A DNA stretch of 64,000 nucleotides from Chrysomallon squamiferum (lineage: Eukaryota > Animalia > Mollusca), in the NCBI GenBank assembly GCA_012295275.1, contig CM022671.1, positions 19,096,001 to 19,160,000 of the forward strand. The letters run 5' to 3'. Positions within the stretch are counted from its first letter, which is position 1. Every line of letters begins with the position of its first letter. Positions 59,196 to 64,000 of this stretch are shown here, in pieces. The notes beneath the pieces were generated by a model that was not told where the DNA came from, did not search any database, and saw only the letters and a list, made by a program, of their open reading frames with translations. Position numbers and translations under genes: made by a program.

Positions 59196-62100
59196 GTGTA
59201 AATGCTATTTGTTTGCAGTGTGAAATATCAACATGTTATAGACTATGTTGTATTTCAAAAATAATAAAAAAGAACGAAATAAATAAAAAATAAAAAGTTG
59301 ATTATGAATATATGTCAGAGCAGTAAATTAAAATACGAGCCAACTTAAAAAAAACTCCAGAAAATCCCACATCATGAAAATGATGAAGATGATGATGATT
59401 ATGACAACAACAACAACAACAACAACAATAAAAATTCAAACGACAATGCCAAATTATTCCTATATGTTTTTTAATTTGTATTAATTAATTAATTTATTTA
59501 TTATCATCATCATTATTATTATTATTATTATGATTATTATTAATCTAATATGCTTTGCTTTGCACTTTGAAGATAGTTATACCATAAAAGTCTCTCATTC
59601 CAAGCTCTATAATTTTGACTAAATCTTGGCACACTTCACACGCTACTCTTACGTCTCATTACAGTCATAGCTAGCATGTTTGTTCTTAGTGGTGTTTTCT
59701 ACGCCTTGAACGAGAAGAGAATTGTCGTTCGTTATGTTACTGATAGATTGATAACGTAATTTTTAGTGTTGTTGTTGTTGTTGTGTTGTTTATTTTATTT
59801 TATTTATTTATTCATTTAAACGTTGAACTGGTAAAAACATATTTTTCTGTTAATAAAATTAACATTTTACAGTGCTGCTTGCACAATTTTTCTGAGAAAC
59901 AATTATGAAGAATCTAATTTTGTTGTTGTTGATGTTGTTGTTGTTGTACAAATATGATCTTAGTGATGAAATTCTTGTCATCTTTCGAGAAGGATTAATG
60001 TCTTCTGACGGTAATAAACCAGTCATGGAAAACAAATCGAACTGCGAATTAGTCTAAAGTGAACATCCCTCCTCTTTATACTTAATTTATTATTACTATG
60101 AGGATGAGGATGATCTGAAATTCTGACTGCCTTTCTACAACAAACATTCTTCTTGTATATGTTTCTGACGACCTTACAAGAAAACATATCACGTATATAC
60201 CATATAGGCATAATTTATTATTGCGTAGTATTATCGGGATACTTTCATATGTAGCCAGTGCATCGTTGCTTTGTTGGTAAGAAGATCTGCATCCTTTAGA
60301 AATATAACATTACCTGACTTCCTAATTCTCGGCAGTATAGTTTTCTAAAATGCCAAGAAAACAAACTTAGTATTTATCCCTTCCGCAAAGTTTCCAGTGT
60401 GGTCACCTGGCGATCTTAGCATGCTGATAGTAAGTACGTCTGCGTGCATGTGTGTCTGCATGCCTGGCGTTAACATGAACCAGACGCAGGGATGGGTTTG
60501 CGTGTTATTCTGAAAAGATCGGTTGTTTTTCTTATAAGATGGGTACGTCTAGATTATGTGTGAGAAACTCTTTTAACCAGTCGTAATTGTTAATACTTGA
60601 ATCACAGACAGCAAAATAAATATAATAATATGAAATGGTGTTCCCCACATCCTCGAATCAGCCTGGATTTTGACACTGCTTTAGTGGGTTAATTGGACTG
60701 CACTGTTTTGGATTTAACACTAGACTGTATAATACATACCTGTGATGAGCAAGTAATAACCATTACGAAGGTTTATTCTTAAACTTAGTTTTGGTTTCAT
60801 ATATAAGCCAGAAAGTAAAATGATTTTGTATATAGGTGTGTATATGTACAGGTCTATGTATACACACATAAGTAAAATGAAGGACATACAAAACACACTA
60901 TTATTGTCTCTTCGAGATAATAACATTAATATATTTTTCAATGTTTTAAATTAAAATACAGTCTGAAATTTAACATTCATCCTGTGCTATTCATTTACAA
61001 CTTTAAATCATTACAACTCTTTAGGGTTATCCAGTAACGTGTGTTCCCTTTGATTCTATAAATAGGTTCCATGTGTTTGATTTATTGTTCAGTTTGAAAC
61101 TAGCTGCAGTTAATTACTGGTATTCACTAAGTGACCTTGATAACAGATGACTACTCGCACACACTCCGTTCTGTGATTCTGATCTTAGAGTGAAGATATA
61201 ATCCCTGCAAACAGCCATTTTCATAATTTTATTTATCGTTTTTAATTCATCGTCTCTTCAGTTTTGTAAACGAAGAGATTCAATGTTTATGTAATAAATA
61301 TAACAGTAACACTGATATCGGAATATTCAAATTTAGCTCTGTGTGGCTACCGAAGTGTTAATTTTCGATTTGCCGAAAACAGTAACCAATTCTGGAAATT
61401 TGCCATGTCAACGCCTAAGCATGGAAGAAAAAAAGAAAAGAGGAAAGAAAGAATAAACAATAATCATTTAAAAAAAAAAAGCCAAAACTACTAAAAATAC
61501 GTTATGCTTAATAATAAAGATTAAGATGGAAAAAAACAAACAACACCAAACAAACATAATAATAATGAAAAAGAAAAAAAAAAAGAAAGTAAGTTGATTC
61601 ATTTTTCAGGTGTGCAAGCAATTACTTTATCTGTCTCCGCCTATAGTTCTAACTGACTGTGATTTAAAATAGACTGGAATAAATTAAATCTGATACATTA
61701 TCACTACAATGTAATGAATCCACGACCGAAGGGGTACAACAGATTAGGGTATTTATTCCTCTGTTGTGTCTGTATTTAATAATATAAAATTTACAATATT
61801 TATTTAAATGTGTTTGTATGAATGCAAGCTTACTTATATTTCCTAATGTGTATGATGGATTCCGTGCATGTAAATATAAGCAACATCACATACTCAACTA
61901 TGCGATTTAATTTAAGTTTTCGTCATGATATGTATCATCTTTCACGATTTATAAATTTTCGAAGGTGTAGATATACAAGTAATTTTACTGAACTGTTTTT
62001 ATGCTTTTTATTTATGTAAGTTCTAAACTTTAATATATATTTCAAGCTAATGGCTTTTATGCGAGTTCTGCATATTATTTTTCTTTCTTTTTATTCAGGG

Positions 62101-64000
62101 TTTAAAACAAAACAAAACAAAAATAAAAAAAATTATAAAAAAAATTAAGTAAAGTTAAACATAAAAATCCCTCAATTTTAATTGCATTTTTATTCCACTA
62201 TAACATTTCACACTCGTACACGCCCATAGACACTTTCCATATATTTTGAGCATAAAATAACAGTCGAAGCGGAAAAATCGTTCCTGGTTGTCCATGATCT
62301 CTTAGCAGGTATCTGAATATAACCAATACTTCTTTAGCATGATTACGTTTTAATACGAAAATGTCAAATGTTTAACTGCAAAATGTTAAACTGTTTAGAA
62401 CAATAGGTATATTCTGAGACAGTGCTTACGTGCAAGCAGTATACAAACACCAACGTGTGTTTGGAAAAGAGCCATTGTTTTAGATTAGTAAATAGTTGTT
62501 AATCTGAATGCATTTAAACAATGAATTATCAAATCATATGCGTGACTTATTAAAATAATTTCATGTAAATCATGTTTTATTGGTATTATTATTATTTATA
62601 TTTTCTGTAATGTTGACTAGTCAAGCGTATTTGATAATTATGTAACTGTTTAATATATATTACCCGAAAGTATTTCTATTTTTTTTTTTTTTTTTTTTCA
62701 GTATGTAACAGCTATCAAAACATATATATTTGTGGATACACAAGGCAATGCAAATTTTTATGAATATGCAGTAGAATACAAATGTAATTTTGAGTTCATA
62801 ATTTAAAGTTTTAAGTAAAACACGTCTTCTCTCTCATTTTGAATTATTAATATCATGTTAAACAGTTTATTTTTTTCTATCCTATTAATTAGACCACTTG
62901 GTTAATTATTACTTCTTCTTTTCTTTTTTTTATAAATACTATAGACAAAGTTTTTTTTTTTTTTTTTTTTTTTCACTGATTACAGATAACGAAGGGTGTG
63001 GTTACACAAAGAGATTATTATTCAAGTAATTTAATACGACGAACTTACGTCTCCGTTTAGAATTCATTTAACAAAAACTTATCGTAAATATGAATCTAAA
63101 TTATAACTGCCTGTAATTAATAGATTTTTGTTTTTATTTTTTTATGATTTTTGTTTTCGCTAACTGGATTTATTTACTTATTTGTTTGTTTGTTTGTTTT
63201 GTTTTGTTTTGTTTTGTTTTGTTTTGTTTTGTTATTTATTTTGTTCATATTTAATTCCTTTAAATCAAGGGATCGGTTTTTTATTTGGGGGGGTGGGAGT
63301 GTAATTTACTCTACATTTTTTTTTTTTTTTTTTTGCCAATTTTAAAATCAATAAGTCTACATGTATGCTATTGTTTATTTCAGTAAAAGTTTACAGTTTT
63401 AAATATGATAAATTAAATAGCTGTAAACACTCGGAAGTCACTTGAGATATTTTTCCGGAGTGGCTGATTCACTGGCTGCAACATGCGTACGCAAACATAC
63501 ACCAAATGTATTAAATCTGTCGACTGTCTGTTTCTTTAGAGAACTCCCACCCTCTCGCGTGTTTGTGTTAACAAATATTTACTTCAACTGCTATTTGTAA
63601 GCCAAAGATTCATATATATATATATATACTTTCATTCAGTTTTTGCCTTAGAAAGAGATAAAAGGTAAACGCATCAGTGAATCGTACTGGAATTTGTTTT
63701 TCAAAGTTTGTTTTGCTTGAGACAGCTCTTAAGAGACGGTACTTTTGGTGGGTTAACATCTTTTGAACGTTTGTTTGCATAATAAGCAAAAATAATAAGC
63801 GCAGGTAATGCAGCTGTTGAAATATGGATTTTTCAAAACTACCGTAATTATAGTAAATATATATAGAGGCAATAATTATGATGTGGGAGTTTTTCAATTT
63901 CTTTTGTACTAATGTTACAATGTTTGTTTTCACTCATTCGTAACATTTAAAACAAAGTGTTACAGTGTAGAACTATGTGACATTTCTGCTTTCCTTTGAA

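Noticed and set aside
47500-64000. Remaining short ORFs
   Set aside because: Low-complexity F/I/L/Y/K-rich translations of AT-rich DNA; no consistent exon chain or transposase/RT motifs found.

Overview
AT-rich, microsatellite-rich eukaryotic (invertebrate animal) genomic DNA, not prokaryotic; most short ORFs in the track are spurious or are exon fragments. One intron-rich gene is reconstructed by hand on the + strand: an SLMAP (sarcolemmal membrane-associated protein; STRIPAK component) orthologue, ATG 5590 to TAA 36146, with an N-terminal FHA domain, long coiled coil and C-terminal tail-anchor TM helix. The main surprise is at 15285-28113, inside the coiled-coil region: a tandem array of 22 intact, mutually homologous, symmetric phase-1 mini-exons (mode 63 nt = 21 aa = 3 heptads, all lengths multiples of 3; consensus ~EELEKxxxDSKKYIEKNxSLE), plus several decayed copies. 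With only the first copy the protein is ~814 aa (about normal SLMAP size); with all 22 it is ~1244 aa. The rest of the window (36-64 kb) is probable 3' UTR, degenerate satellites, fragments of an interspersed repeat, candidate regulatory sites and a possible non-coding first exon of another gene. All exon calls rest on splice signals, reading frame and recalled similarity to human SLMAP; none is confirmed by transcript data.
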